64,000 nt of DNA, taken from assembly GCA_977017645.1 (NCBI GenBank), contig OZ360225.1:190402001-190466000 (forward strand). The letters are read 5' to 3'. The position numbers were made by a program, and so were the translations under genes. This stretch comes from Torpedo marmorata. Its lineage: Eukaryota. The notes under the pieces are model-generated. The model made no database searches. It had not been told where the DNA came from and saw nothing but the letters and a program-made list of their open reading frames with translations. Positions 1-12,415 of the stretch are shown in pieces. Position 1 is the first letter of the stretch, and every line of letters starts with the position of its first letter.

Positions 1-19
1 CCACACCAGGCATTTGCAT

Positions 20-125
20 ATTGGCATCCCTGATGAAGGGCTCAGCCCCAAAATGTCGACTGCCTATTGCTTTCCATGGATGCTGTAAAACCTGCTGAGT
101 TCCTCCAGCACTCTTTTGTATTGTT
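20..125 (+). mobile_element. Penelope-like element terminal-repeat fragment with degenerate hammerhead motif
   Basis: ccctgatgaagggctcagccccaaaatgtcgac...cctgctgagttcctccagca resembles the Penelope terminal repeats at 26519, 43348 and 52177. Confidence 0.65.
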
Positions 126-699
126 CTCAGAACCCTATTCAACCTGTTCAGGCTGCTACGAATGACCTAATTAAACTTAGTTAAATCTCACCTCATTCTT
201 CTTGTTCTAAAGAAGACTAAAGTTGGGGCGGGTGGGGGGGGGGGGTGAAATAAATAAATCTCATCACTTTCACTTTCCATGCTTGCAATGGAAATTCCAC
301 TTCCTAAAACATTTGGAGAGTATTAATAATTAAAATTTGAATTATTCAAGAGTTTGTAATAAATTATATGCTTACACAGTTGTATGCTAACATCATGTTA
401 ACTCATATATATTCCAGCCAAGAAACAGGATGGTTACATTAGTTTCCAACTAATCTTTTAAATATTTGCTGTTTTGTTAACAATTCTGCGTGTTGCGTTT
501 CTTTTTCTCACATAATGCAGGAATGGGCAAACTGTGACTTTCACAATATTCAATGGAACTTTCTGAGATGCTCACTGATGATTGATGCAAGTAAAATTAT
601 ACTTAAAAGCACATAATTAAAGAGGAAAATACCATTAACAAATAGCAATAATGGATTGTTTGATCAGCAATTTGAGAAGCGTAACTCATTAAAGGATAA

Positions 700-990
700 A
701 AATAATAAAGATGCGGTTGGGAATTTGACAGGATTTACATTTAGTGAGGGAGTTGAGAATTTTGAATCTCAGAATAAGGAGCCAGCCATTTAGATGATGA
801 GAAACCTTCTTGTTAACCTAGTGGGCTGCAGATGCTGAGCCACTCACCATTTTCAAGGCTGCGATGGATATTTGGATTAAAGAGGAATCAAGGGTTATAG
901 GAGAGTAGAATCAATTGATCAGATCAGCTTTATCTTATGTCATGGTGGAGGATTGGCAATGACCCTTTTCTGCTCTTATTTCTGATATTA
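700..990 (+). mobile_element. Highly decayed CR1 LINE 3' end
   Basis: Loose similarity to the CR1 3' end at 57618-58000 (gaatctcagaataaggagccagccatttag; ggaatcaagggttatagg). Confidence 0.4.
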
Positions 991-1514
991 TGTTCTGATG
1001 TTAATGGAGCATGGATAGTTAGAATTTTAACAATATTGAGCAGAGTATTTTAAATTACATTAACAATACATCATGCTTCAGTAACGTTTCCACATCAAAA
1101 GTTAATACAATATAATGGATGCAGAAGTATAAAAAAGGTTTTAAATAATTGAAGGTCCTGCTTAATCATAAAGACTACATTATTTGAACTTTTCTAATGT
1201 GTGTGATGGGCACAATAGGAATTCAGATATCCACTTGAATATTAGGGACATAGTTTACTGTCCAACTTTATACAAACTGATTAGTAAACCATGGTGGAAA
1301 TAAATGTTCTAAATTCCAACAATCAGCAATAGATAAGCCATGATTTTGAAGTCTGATTGCAGCATGCCCGCATTCTATGTTAGCTCGCGGACTCTGGCAG
1401 GTTCATTGCTTCTCTGTTTTAACATAGTGGCAATGGTACAACTCAGAAGCTTGCTGGGCCATTTCAGTGTGAATTTATGAATCAAGCATAATGTTTAGTC
1501 TGGAGTCAAATTCC

Positions 1515-1816
1515 ACTGAAACATCCCATCAGGGTGCATCACTGCTTGGTACAGGAACTGCTCCGCCCAAGACTGCAAGAAAATCAAGAGGGTTGTGAAC
1601 GTGACACAGTCCATCATATATAACCCTTTCCCTCATCAACTCCATTTATAACTCCTGTTGCCCTGCTAAAGCAACCAACATTTTACTAAAACTCATTCCA
1701 CCCCGGCCACACTCTCTTCACCACCCCCACCCTGCCCACCCCCTCCCTTGTCAGGAAGATGATTCGCAAGTGTGAGATCACGCACCAGCAGATTCAAGGA
1801 GAGTTTCTTTCCCACT
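1515..1816 (+). mobile_element. Rex1-type LINE 3' fragment, split by the Gypsy insertion; resumes at about 8413-8610
   Basis: gggtgcatcactgcttggtacagg...gagggttgtgaac...caccccggccacactctcttc parallels the Rex1 RT C-terminus at 40830-41130; ttcaaggagagtttctttcccac continues as gttaacagactgctaaatgaa after 8412. Confidence 0.65.
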
Positions 1817-2602
1817 TGTTGTTCTTTTTGTCATGCTGAGTAACGAGGCAAGTCGGTAGGTGATGTTAACCAAACAGTTTACTGAACATAGTATTACAAA
1901 TTCAAACCAGCAACGACAGAAGACACAATGCAAACGGGGTAAAATTGAAATTTATATTTATTAAAGACAATTAAACATATAATTTCACAACAATTAACCC
2001 CACTATAAACGTCTACAAACACTATTCTTATCTAAAGAGTGTGTGTGTGTGTGTGTAAAGCCCAGACCATTACAGTCTGTGCCCAACCCTCATGTAAAAA
2101 TGGCAAACCTTCCCCAAAACCCCCAAGCCAGTCATAAAAATAAGTCAGTCCCAAAAATACAGTCCACAAAAATCACTCTCTATGTTCAGGGTTCAAATTC
2201 AGCTCTGTGTGCTGGCACGAAGGACTTCTTAATGAACGTTGGAGAGAGGGACAATGACTGTTTAAGCTTACGAATGCTTGGCCTGCTTTTCTTCTCTGAT
2301 GACTTTCCCTTTTGGTAGGTACACGAGGATTGCGATTCCAAATCAGTTTTGATTGAGGCGTATACTTGGATCTCACAGCCTGTCTCATTGATCTCACGCC
2401 TGTTCTCCATGAAAGTTGTTTTAACTCAGGATTTTGCTGATACAGGAGGCCATGTGTTATTCTCCCAGCCTTTTCCCCTGGAATGCACAAGCCTGGATTT
2501 GGTGTTGTTGCTTCAATCTCTTGCAACTCAAAACTGAATGCTTTTTGCAGAGTTTAGCACCTGCTTTTGCAAAAATGCAACAAAGTATCTTTCCACAGCC
2601 TG

Positions 2603-2633
<31 letters not shown>

Positions 2634-2946
2634 TTCTCTGTGAGCACACCCAGTCCTGGGCAAGATAACTCTTTCAGTACCTGATCCCAGTGTGTACTCC
2701 AAAAGACTTCATCCTTCCTGCTGACCGTCTGCAGTCCAAATGGTCAGTCATGGTCCATAACAATAGCCATAGAGAGAAAGAGAGAGAGAGAAAGCCCAGC
2801 AGGCAGGCGTTTGCTCTCTGCAAGTACTTGATTTAAACTAACCCACCCTCACCAAGCTCGCGCATGCGCAATGCGCTCTTGCGAGTACGATGGCTGCAAT
2901 GCGATTGCAGCGGGTGCAGAGCAGCCGATAGGAGCAGCTGTCTACA
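1817..2946 (-). repeat. 3' LTR of the Gypsy element, interrupted at 1892-2762
   Basis: Matches 8157-8407 once the 871-bp insert is removed. Confidence 0.92.
1892..2762 (-). mobile_element. Solo LTR of the Gmr1-like Gypsy family
   Basis: Homologous to LTRs at 9976-10837 and 62334-62603; 4-bp TSD atag (1888-1891, 2763-2766); the empty site is visible in the 8157 LTR. Confidence 0.92.
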
Positions 2947-3378
2947 TCCCCTTTCTTGAGCGGCCCCTCACATATTACAGTTCAAACCAATTTTAAACAT
3001 TTGCAGACATTGATGAAACAGCCAACCCAGTTCAGTCCTGATATTTCGGGTTGGGTTTACAGATACGCCCAAAGCGTGTTCTGTAGTAGCCCTCTGTGGA
3101 TGTGGAGGCTTGGGGTGCCTCGTCCTGAGAATGTGTATTGTCCATTGTCTCCTTGTTGGTTTCTGGGGGAGTCCCGCCAATCTCAGGCTCGCATTCCAAA
3201 TTCTGGTATACAGTCTCTCTGTGGTTGGCCTGAGATGGGGGTGGCTCCCTTACTGGGAGGATGTGCCGTCTGTTCCTTCTGTACACCCTCCCCTCTGAAC
3301 GAACTAGGTATGATCTGGGTTCCTGGCAGCTCCTTTCGACTATCCCCGTGCGGTCGTAGCCCTGTGGAGTCTGCTTTC

Positions 3379-6058
3379 TTATGACCTACCCTTCTGCCAG
3401 TGGCTCGAGCGGTCGACTTGTTCTATCATAAGCCTCCTGTTCAGCAGCTGGGACTTGACTTCTTGTGGGTCTCTTAGTTGAGTTTCCAGAAGCCTCCTTG
3501 CTACCGGCAGAGTCGTTCTGGTCTGCCTTGACATTAACCGTTGCGCCGGTGAGCCCAGTGTGGTGTCGTGAGGGATGTTCCTCAGGTTTAGCAGGTTAAG
3601 TAACACGTTTGTCTTTTCTTTGTGAGACATCTCCATGAGCTGCTTTGCACTTCTTACAGCTCTCTCAGCCAGCCCGTTTGACTGTGGGTACTCTGGGCTA
3701 CTGGTGATGTGGGTGAAATCCCACACCGTTGCAAAGTCTCTGAATCTCTCGCTGGTGAACTGTCTGCCATTGTCTGATAGCAGAGTGTGAGGTGCCCCAT
3801 GCACCGCAAAGTGACGTTTCAGCTTTGTAATGACTGTGGAGGAGGTCTATCTCAAGCCATCCCGAGTACGAATCAACTAGTACCAAACATTGATCTCCTC
3901 GCCATCCTAAAATGTCTGCGGCCACAGTTGACCAGGGTAGGTCTGGTACGGGGTGGAGCTGTAGTGGCTCTTTCTGTTGGTGTGGCTTAGTGCTGTTGCA
4001 CACCGAGTAAGCCTGCACCCCTTGATGTCTTCTGTCATGCCTGGCCAGAAAACGACGTCCCTCGCCCTTCGTTTGGTCGCCTCCGCGCCTGGGTGTCCTC
4101 TGAGTAGGACATATGCGTTCTGTAGTGAGCTTGGGATTACCGCTCTTTGGCCCTTCATTACGACCCCTTCGCCAATGAGTAGCTTGTCATGGAAGGGAAA
4201 GTAGGGTTGCACGGCTGGTGGCAGGCTGCGCTGTTTGTTCAGCCAGCCGGCCTTGATAAAGGTGCCCAGGGTACTTAGAGTGCCGTCTTCCGCTGTGTGT
4301 TTTCTTAGTTCGTCCAGCCGGGCCGAGCATATATAGGCAACTGTCATCACATCTAAACTGTCTTCTTCTTCGACCTGCTGTACCGTGCATTTTCTGGGGG
4401 CGCGGGATAGCGCATCGGCTAAGTGTATTTCCTTACCGCACTTGTGCACCAGAGTGATGTTGTACTTCTGGAGTCTGAGCATCATTCGCTGTAGTCTCGC
4501 CGGTGCCGCGTGCATTGGTTTGTTCAGTATTGTCACCAAGGGTAGGTGGTCGGTTTCTATGGTAATCAGCGTACCGTAAACGTAATCGTTGAATTTGGAG
4601 CAGCCAAAAACAACTGCCAATAGTTCTTTTTCAATTTGTGCATACCTGGTTTCCACGTCAGTGAGTGACCTTGAGGCGTATGCCATTGGTTTCCCATCTT
4701 GCAGGCATGCTGCACCTAGGCCATACTGCGGGGCATTGCAGGTCAACATCACTGGTCTTCGTACGACGTAGTAGGACAGGACTGGAGGGCACGACATGTG
4801 TCTTTTTAAAGCGTCAAAAGCATTCTGCTGTTGTACGTGCCAAGTCCATTCTACGTCTTTGTGCGTCAGCTGCCTCAGTGGGGCTGTCAGTTCGCTTGAG
4901 TTGGGGATAAACTTGCCCAGGTAGTTTACTATGCCCAGAAATATTTGCAGGGCTGCCACGTCCATTGGCACCGGCATTTCGGTGATGGCCTTTATTTTGG
5001 AAGGGTCCGCCTTCAGGCCTTTGCTCGTGAACACATGGCCTACGTAGCTGACTTGGCCCAGTTGGAACCTGCACTTCCGGGGGTTAAGCCTCAGGTTCAC
5101 TTTTTGTGCTCGGTCGAGAACCTTCTTTAAGTATTCGTCATGTTCGTCTTTAGTTTTTCTGCCCACCAGTATTTCATCGACTATGATGGCGCAGGGGAAC
5201 CCGGCGAAGATTTGCTCCATGGACCTTTGGAATACTTCGCTGGCCGAATTGATCCCAAATGGCATCCGCAGGAACCTGTATCGACCAAACCCAGTGCTGA
5301 ACGTGGTCAGTAGTGATGATTTGTAATCGAGTGAGACTTGGCAGAATGAGTTTTTCGCGTCTGGGACCGAAAATTCCATCGCACTGGCCATTTGTGCAGC
5401 CACTTCTTCTACGGTGCGCATGGGGTGATGTGGTCTCTTCAGGGCGGTGTTGAGGTCTTGCGGGTTTATGCAGATTTGGATTTCTTGTCCGTCTTTCTTC
5501 TTGGCGGCCACCATGGAGGACACCCATTCGGTCGGTTCCGAGACTGGAGTGATTACGACCAAGCCGTGCATTCTGTCCAGCTTGGCCTTGACCTTGTCCT
5601 TCATTGCCACCGGAATGCGGTGTGCCATACGCACCACGGGTCGCACCTCCGGGTCGAGCCGCATGGAGTATGTCACCGGCAGCCTCCCCAGTTCGTCTGT
5701 GAAAAGCTCGCTATATTCGGAAAAAAATTTCTGGGACAAGTCGGCTTATCTGGTGTACCTCCCTGCTGAAAGAGACGAGTCCCATGTCCATGCACGCGCT
5801 CAGGCCAAGCAGCGGCACAACGTCCTCGCAGACTACGAAGAATGCTAGTATGTGTAGCCATCCTTGTACATGGCACCGTAGCCGCACTGTGCCGCTGGTC
5901 TGGATTCTACTGCCTCCGTACGCCACCAGGCTCGTTGGTCTGGTACATGGTTTAACTTGTTCCGCTTTTTTCAGCCGGTTGAATGTCTTCAGTGACATGA
6001 CGTTGCACTTCGCCCCTGTGTCTACCTTCACCTCCGCCACCTTGCCGTTAATTTTCAT
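3379..6058 (-). pseudogene. Gypsy pol: protease, RT, RNase H, integrase (frameshifted)
   Basis: VKVDTGAKCNV protease; RMPFGINSASEVFQ and IVDEIL (degenerate YxDD); ETRYAQIEKELLA RNase H; LSDNGRQF and YPQSNGLAER integrase core. Confidence 0.93.
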
Positions 6059-6061
6059 GGA

Positions 6062-7094
6062 CTAGATCCGGTGACTAGTGGTTGCCTCAGGGATCGGTAC
6101 TGGGTCCATTGTTGTTTTTCATATATATTAATGATCTAGATGATAGGGTGGTAAATTGGATTAGTAAGTATGCAGATGATACGAAGATTGGTGGTGTTGT
6201 GGACAGTGAAGAAGGATATCAAAGCTTGCAGGGGGATATTGGACAGTTAGAAGAGTGGGCGGAAACATGGCAGATGGAATTTAATACTGATAAATGTGAG
6301 GTGCTACATTTTGGTAGGATTAATCAGCAAAGGTAATACATGTTAAATGGTAGACAATTGAGAAGTGCAGTAGAACAGAGGGATTTAGGAATTCTGGTAC
6401 ATAATTCCATGAAAGTTGAGTCACACGTAGATAGAGTGGTGAAGAAATCATTTGGTATGTTGGCCTTCATAAATCAGAGTATTGAATATAGGAGTTGGGA
6501 TGTCATGTTGAAGTTGTATAAGGCATTGGTGAGGCCAAATTTGGAATATTGTGCGCAGTTTTGGTCGCCGAATTATTGGAAGGATATAAACAGAATAGAG
6601 AGAGTGCAGAGGAGATTTACAAGAATGTTGCCTGGGTTTCTGGGTTTGAGTTATAGGGAAAGGTTGAACAGGCTGGGATTTTATTCCCTTGAGCGTAGAA
6701 GGTTGAGGGGTGATTTGATAGAGGTATTTAAAATTATGAAGGGGAAAGATAGAGTTAATGTGGACAGGCTTTTTCCATTGAGAGTGGGGAAGATTCAAAC
6801 AAGAGGGCATGGATTGAGATTGAAGGGGGAAAAGTTTAGAGGAAACATGAGGGGGAATTTCTTAACTCAGAGGGTAGTAGGAGTGTGGAATGAGCTTCCG
6901 GCCGAAGTGGTAGATGCAGGTTGAATTTTAATGTTTAAGGAAAAGTTGGATAGGTATATGGACGAGGGAGGTGTGGAGGGTTATGGGCCGGGTGCGGGTC
7001 AGTGGGACTAGGTGGGAGAATGTGTTCGGCATGGACTAGAAGGGCCGAACTTGCCTGTTTATGTGCTGTAAATGTTATATGGTTATATGGTTAT
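6062..7094 (+). mobile_element. 5'-truncated CR1 LINE inserted at the gag-protease junction
   Basis: [42 protein letters not shown]; (atatggtt)n tail; atgga at both junctions; removal restores EAFVS-MKINGK in frame. Confidence 0.93.
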
Positions 7095-8062
7095 ATGGAT
7101 ACGAATGCCTCGTTGTTTCCTCTGATCCAGTTTTCTGCTGGGTTGTCTGCTGTCCGCGGGGTCAGCCCGTCAACATAGTACTCCTCACCGGGGTTGTCTT
7201 CCTCATGTTCTGGCTCTAGCTGGTTGATCATCCTTCTGGGTCTGGTCCGTGTGTTGGTTTGCTGCCTGGATCTGCAGCATCTGCTGTAGTGGTTCCACTT
7301 CCCGCAGGTCCTACACTGCTGGCCGAACGCCGGGCACCTCTCTTTTCTCGCCACGTGGTCTCCTCCGCAGTTGCCACATCCTGCCCTGGACGGAGGTGTG
7401 GGGTGGCCTGGCTGGCTCTTTCTTCTGGCCTCCAGCCACTGTCTGTTTGCTTGGATCGCGTCGATGCTCGTGGCCTGCTGCTGTGGAGAGGCCAACTTTC
7501 TGCTGTCTTCCTCGGTGGTTTCGTATGCCAGACAGGTATAGATGGCCTTTGCTAGCGTCAATTCGTTGTCGCGCAGGAGCGCCTTCCGCATACCGTCATC
7601 ACGAATGCCACAGACCATTCTGTCTTCAATTAATTCTTCGCAGAGCGTGCTGAAATTACAGGTCTTTGCCCTGATTCTCAAATCGCTGACGTATGAGTTA
7701 ATTCACTCGCCAGGCTTTTGGTTTCTGCAGTTAAATTTGTGCCGCTCCATCATTACATTTCGCTGTGGATTGCACATTTCTCTAAATTTGCATTTTAAAC
7801 ATTCGGGGTCCTCTCTTGACTCAGCCGGGCTGGTAACGAGGTTCCCTTCGCCGCGCACTTCGTCTGCGTATACGAACGCCCTTTCCTGTTCAATGGCTTT
7901 CGGGCCCGCCAAATTCAACAAAATGTATGCTCTCATGCGGGCAGACATGTCGCTGTGCGCTTCCGCAATAAATATGTAATATTCCTGCTCAAAAACGCGC
8001 CCGTTCTCTGCCACATTTCCTTCAAACACGATTGGGTCGGGCCGCCTAAATCTGTCCACCAT
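7095..8062 (-). pseudogene. Gypsy gag (frameshifted) with zinc knuckles
   Basis: ERHKFNCRNQKPGE, DRMVCGIRD, CGNCGGDH...C and CRTCGKWNHYSRCC. Confidence 0.88.
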
Positions 8063-8138
8063 TATGGCGACTGTTACAAACTTGGTTCTGGTTACTCACT
8101 GCGACCGATTGGAAGGCTTCAGGCTTGGGACACTGGCG

Positions 8139-8156
8139 ATCCCATTTCTGACACCA
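8139..8156 (-). promoter_or_regulatory. Primer-binding site, tRNA-Leu type
   Basis: TGGTGTCAGAAATGGGAT immediately inside the 5' LTR. Confidence 0.8.
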
Positions 8157-8407
8157 TGTTGTTCTTTTTGTCGTGCTGAGTAATGAGGCGAGTCGGTAGG
8201 TGATGTTAACCAAACAGTTTACTGAACATAGCCGTAGAGGGAGAGAGAGAGAGAGCCCAGCAGGCGGGCGTCTGCTCTCTGCAAGTACTCAATTTAAACT
8301 AACCCGTCCTCACCGAGCTCGCATATGCACAATGCGCTGTTGCGAGTACGGTGCCTGCAACGCGATTGCAATGGGTGCAGAGCAGCCGATGGGAGCGGCT
8401 GTCTACA
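8157..8407 (-). repeat. 5' LTR of the Gypsy element
   Basis: TG...CA ends, adjacent to PBS, homologous to 1817-2946. Confidence 0.93.
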
Positions 8408-8615
8408 CCACAGTTAACAGACTGCTAAATGAACCCCAAAATCGTAAAATTATGTTGCCTTTGCTCAGTACCAACTGATCTGTCTGTAACTCTGTACTTT
8501 TATACTGTGTCTTACTTTTTGTACAATGTATGGGATGTCTACTGGCCTGCTTGTAAAACAACAATATCTATCACTGCATTTTAATACATGTGACAAGGAA
8601 CTTGAACTTGAGGCT

Positions 8616-8654
8616 GGATGAGGTAAGGATGAGGTAAGGATGAGGTAAGGATGA
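8616..8654. repeat. 11-bp tandem repeat (ggatgaggtaa) x3.5
   Basis: Directly visible. Confidence 0.9.
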
Positions 8655-8884
8655 TAGCTTTTTATCCCTGAAGGACAGCAGTGATTTTTTTTTAAAGTGA
8701 AATTCAAGTAGTTTTCTTGTCACTGTTTCTAAATTTCAAATGCTTCCTTGCGAACCTTTCTGCAAGTGTCAATTTATTTCAAGATCAGTGACCACACTGC
8801 AGTACAACTGCTGCTACTTCACTTGCTTCAAGCTGATATCAGCACACAACTCTGGGCAATAACCACCATAATAAAAAAAAGAAT

Positions 8885-9075
8885 TGTCTGATTCACTGAT
8901 CCCCTTCAGAATAGGAAACCTAGCATCCTTACTTGGTCTGGCCTATATGTGACTTCACACCCTCATGGTTGACTCTAAACTTTTCTCTCAGGTGGCCTAG
9001 AAGTCACTCAGTTCATGCTGTCTGGATGCTGCCGTTATTTGTGATGCCCACACCCTGTGAATGCATAACATTAAA
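8885..9075 (+). mobile_element. Ancient Deu-domain SINE fragment (SacSINE1/AmnSINE1-like)
   Basis: ggaaacctagcatccttacttggtctggcctatatgtgact...ggttgactcta...tggcctagaagtcactcagtt resembles the DeuSINE core as recalled. Confidence 0.6.
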
Positions 9076-9975
9076 TAAAAATAACTGAAATCAGAACACG
9101 GAGGTCAGGTTCAAAGATCATATATCTTGACAATATCTTGAAATCCTGCTGTGATCAGTCCACAAAGCAGCTCTGAAAAAATACAATTTGTACCATTTAC
9201 TGATGACATGATGGTTTGAATGCAGTGTGTCCACTAAATACATTGGTACAACTAATGAAGTTATGTCACCAAACACAATTTTAAAGGACGTCAGGGAGCG
9301 TTAAATTAAAATCCATGCCAGTATTCAAATAATTTACTGTAGAATGTAGACAAAAATAGAGCCATGGTGTCATTGGTCTACTGGAGAGTATAAGGATTGA
9401 CTTTTCTTCAGTCATCTGTTATTGAGGGACATCTTCAGTATAGCCATATACATTTGCTGAAATTTTAAAATATCAATAGTGAAGTTATTTTAGACATTCG
9501 ATTCAGTTTGAAAAAATGTAACTAGGGAATCCGCATATCTATTCTTCAAAGGGAATGCAATATCTAAGATAATAAACAAATTTAAGTCTTGCATCATTTG
9601 ACATGCAGATGCTATAAGTGATGAGAACTATACTCAATTATCTCAGTATGTCCAATCATGAACAGACAGTTCCATTATACAAGAGACTGCCATGGATTTG
9701 GACAATAACCTAAGTGATAAAGTAATATTGTAGAAAATTACTCAGTATTGACAAAAACAGCTCTTAACAAATTTTGGGAGATCAGAGAAGGAATAATTAA
9801 TTACCTTTAAAAAAATTCAATAGATGCATGATATTTACTTATGTATTTCAATGTCTCCATTAAAATAGCTATAAAAGAAATTTCAGAAGATTATATTCAT
9901 AAATAGTAAGCCACAGATCTTTGTTACTAAAACTGAAATTTGACAATAAAAGCAATAAAACAATAAAAAGGCTAT

Positions 9976-10684
9976 TGTTACAGAATCAAACCAGCAACGA
10001 CAGAAGACGCAATGCAAAAGGAGTAAAACTGAAATTATTATTTATTAAACACAAGTAAACATATAATTTCACAACAATTAACCCCACTATAAACGTCTAT
10101 AAACTCTATCCTTATCTAAAAGGTGTATGTGTGTGTGTGTAAAGCCCAGACCATTACAGTCTGTGCCCAACCCTTATGAAAAAAATGGAAAAACTTTCCT
10201 CAAAAACCCCAGGTCAGTCATAAAACAACAAGTCAGTCAAAAAAAAGATAAACAGTCCACAAATTTACTCTCTAAGTTCAGGCTTCAACTTTTCCTCTGG
10301 GTCTGGTAGAAGTACTTCTGAATGAACGTTGGAGAGAGACAAATGACTGATTATGCTTACAAATACTTGTTTTCTTCTCTGATGACGTCCCCTTCTTGTA
10401 GGTTCATAAGGATTGCAAGTTCCAGATCAGTACACCACTGATTTAGGCGTATGCTTGAATCTCACAGCTAGTCTCGCTGATCTCACGCCTGTTCTCCACA
10501 GAAGTTGCTTTTCTCAGAATTTTTCTCTGAGACAGGAGGCCATGTGCTATTTTGCCAGATTTTCTCTGACTGCACACACCCCTGGATCTGGCTCTTCTCT
10601 GTAGCCTTTGCAACTCACAACTGTCTGCTTTGCAGAGATCTGCCCCTGCTTTTTGCAAAAGTGCAACAATGTATCTATTCCACA

Positions 10685-10716
<32 letters not shown>

Positions 10717-12415
10717 GGGTACACCAAGTCCTGGGGAAGTTAACTTTTTCAGTACCTGGCCCCAGTGTATACTCCAAAAGAATTCATCCTTCCTGCTGAC
10801 CGTCCGCAGTCCAAATGGTCAGTCATGGTCCATAACACTTCCCTCCCTCAAAGGAAATTTTGGTCTGCATGAACAAAATTTAGGAAAGTAAGTGAGGTGT
10901 CAGAATATAAACAAAATCTACAATGTTTATCCACAAATACAAAATATGAACTATTTTCATTAATAAAGTTTAACATCTAGAAAGACAATCAGCAATTACA
11001 TTATCTCTCCCTTTTATATGAGTGATTACCAAATTATATTCTTGCAAAATTAGACTCCAATTCAACAACCGTCGATTCTTATTTTTCATTTTACAAAGAA
11101 AAACCAATGGATTATGGTCAGTATACACTATGAGTGGTTTTTGAGCTGTACAGATATACACATCAAAATGTTGTAGAGCCAATACAAGAGCCAACAACTC
11201 TTTCTCTATAGTTGAATAATTCCTTTGCTGATCATTGAACTTCTTTGAGAAGTAGGATACCGGATGTTCAATGTCCTCTTCGTTCTTCTTCTGTAACAGC
11301 ACCGCACCCACAGCTTCATCGCTCGCATCCACGGCTAAAGAAAACGACTGTTCTAAATTAGGTGACTTAAGCACAGGTTGGTGGCATAACATGGCTTTCA
11401 ATTTGACAAATGCTTCCTGACAACCTGTAGACCATACAAATTTCTCTTTCTTTCTAAGCAAATTTGTGAGAGGGAGCGCAAGATCAGCAAAGTTTTTACA
11501 GAACTTGCGGTAGTAGCCAATCATTCCCAGGAACCTCCTCAGAGTTTTCTTACCAGTTGGAACAGGGAACTCGGAAATAGCGACAACCTTTGCCTCTACT
11601 GGCGCCAACTTCCCCTGTCCTACAACATAACTCCAAGAATTAACAGTCCCATGACCCTCTCTGAAACTGGTTTTATCTGTCTCCTCCTTACCCCTGTCAA
11701 TAACCAGTACCTCTGGTAAATTTTCAGTCCCTTTGTGAGGCACCTGTTCAAAATATGGCTTAATCATATTCACATGACAGACCTGTGTGTCTCGTCTGCG
11801 ATTAGGTGTTTCTATGACATAGGTGACCTCATTAATTTTTGACTTAACTCTATAGGGTCCTGAAAATCTAGCCCTAAGAGGATTTGAATGGATGGGAAAC
11901 AGAACTAATACGTTCTCACCAGGTTTAAAAGTTCTCATCTTCGCCTTTCGATCATACCAAACCTTCATTTTCTGTTGAGTGGCCTTTAAATTCTCCTTTG
12001 CCATCTCACAAGCCCTATGTAACCGATCCTTAAATTTGGAAACATAATCTAACAGATTTAAATGCACATCACGATTAATCCACTGTTCTTTTAATAATCT
12101 TAAAGGACCTCTCACCTCATGTCCGAAAACTAACTCAAATGGACTAAAACCAAGCGAATCTTGGACAGACTCCCTCGCTGCAAATAACAACAAATGAACC
12201 CCCTCATCCACTTTCTCATCAACACCCCATCTTTTTCATAATACCCTACTGGCACCTTTTTAATCTCTTCTTCAGAGAGAACCTTATCCCTCACCTCAGC
12301 AAGATCCGGATCGTCTTTTTGCCTTGCTATTAACTCCTGTCGGGATAGTGACAAATCTGTGCCTTTAGGTGTCTTATCAGTGGATGGGCGTAACATAGGA
12401 GATTGCTCAACCTTT
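9976..12415 (-). mobile_element. 3' part of a Gmr1-like Gypsy element with internal deletions
   Basis: 3' LTR 9976-10837, PPT 10838-10850, integrase C-terminal part upstream of RT end and RNase H. Confidence 0.9.
10970..12415 (-). pseudogene. Gmr1-like pol remnant (INT C-term, RT C-term, RNase H)
   Basis: LLFAARESVQDSLGFSPFELVFG and FSGPY (INT), RRFLGMIGYYRKF, LAVDASD, YSTIEKELLAL, KGRDNVIADCLSR; INT core and RT core missing. Confidence 0.88.

Larger units (their letters stand above)
1817..8407 (-). mobile_element. Full-length decayed Gypsy LTR retrotransposon carrying a nested solo LTR and a CR1
   Basis: Direct-repeat LTRs tgttgttc...gtctaca at 1817-2946 and 8157-8407; TSD ccact/ccaca (1812-1816, 8408-8412); PPT at 2947-2957; PBS; gag-pro-RT-RH-INT remnants. 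Confidence 0.95.
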
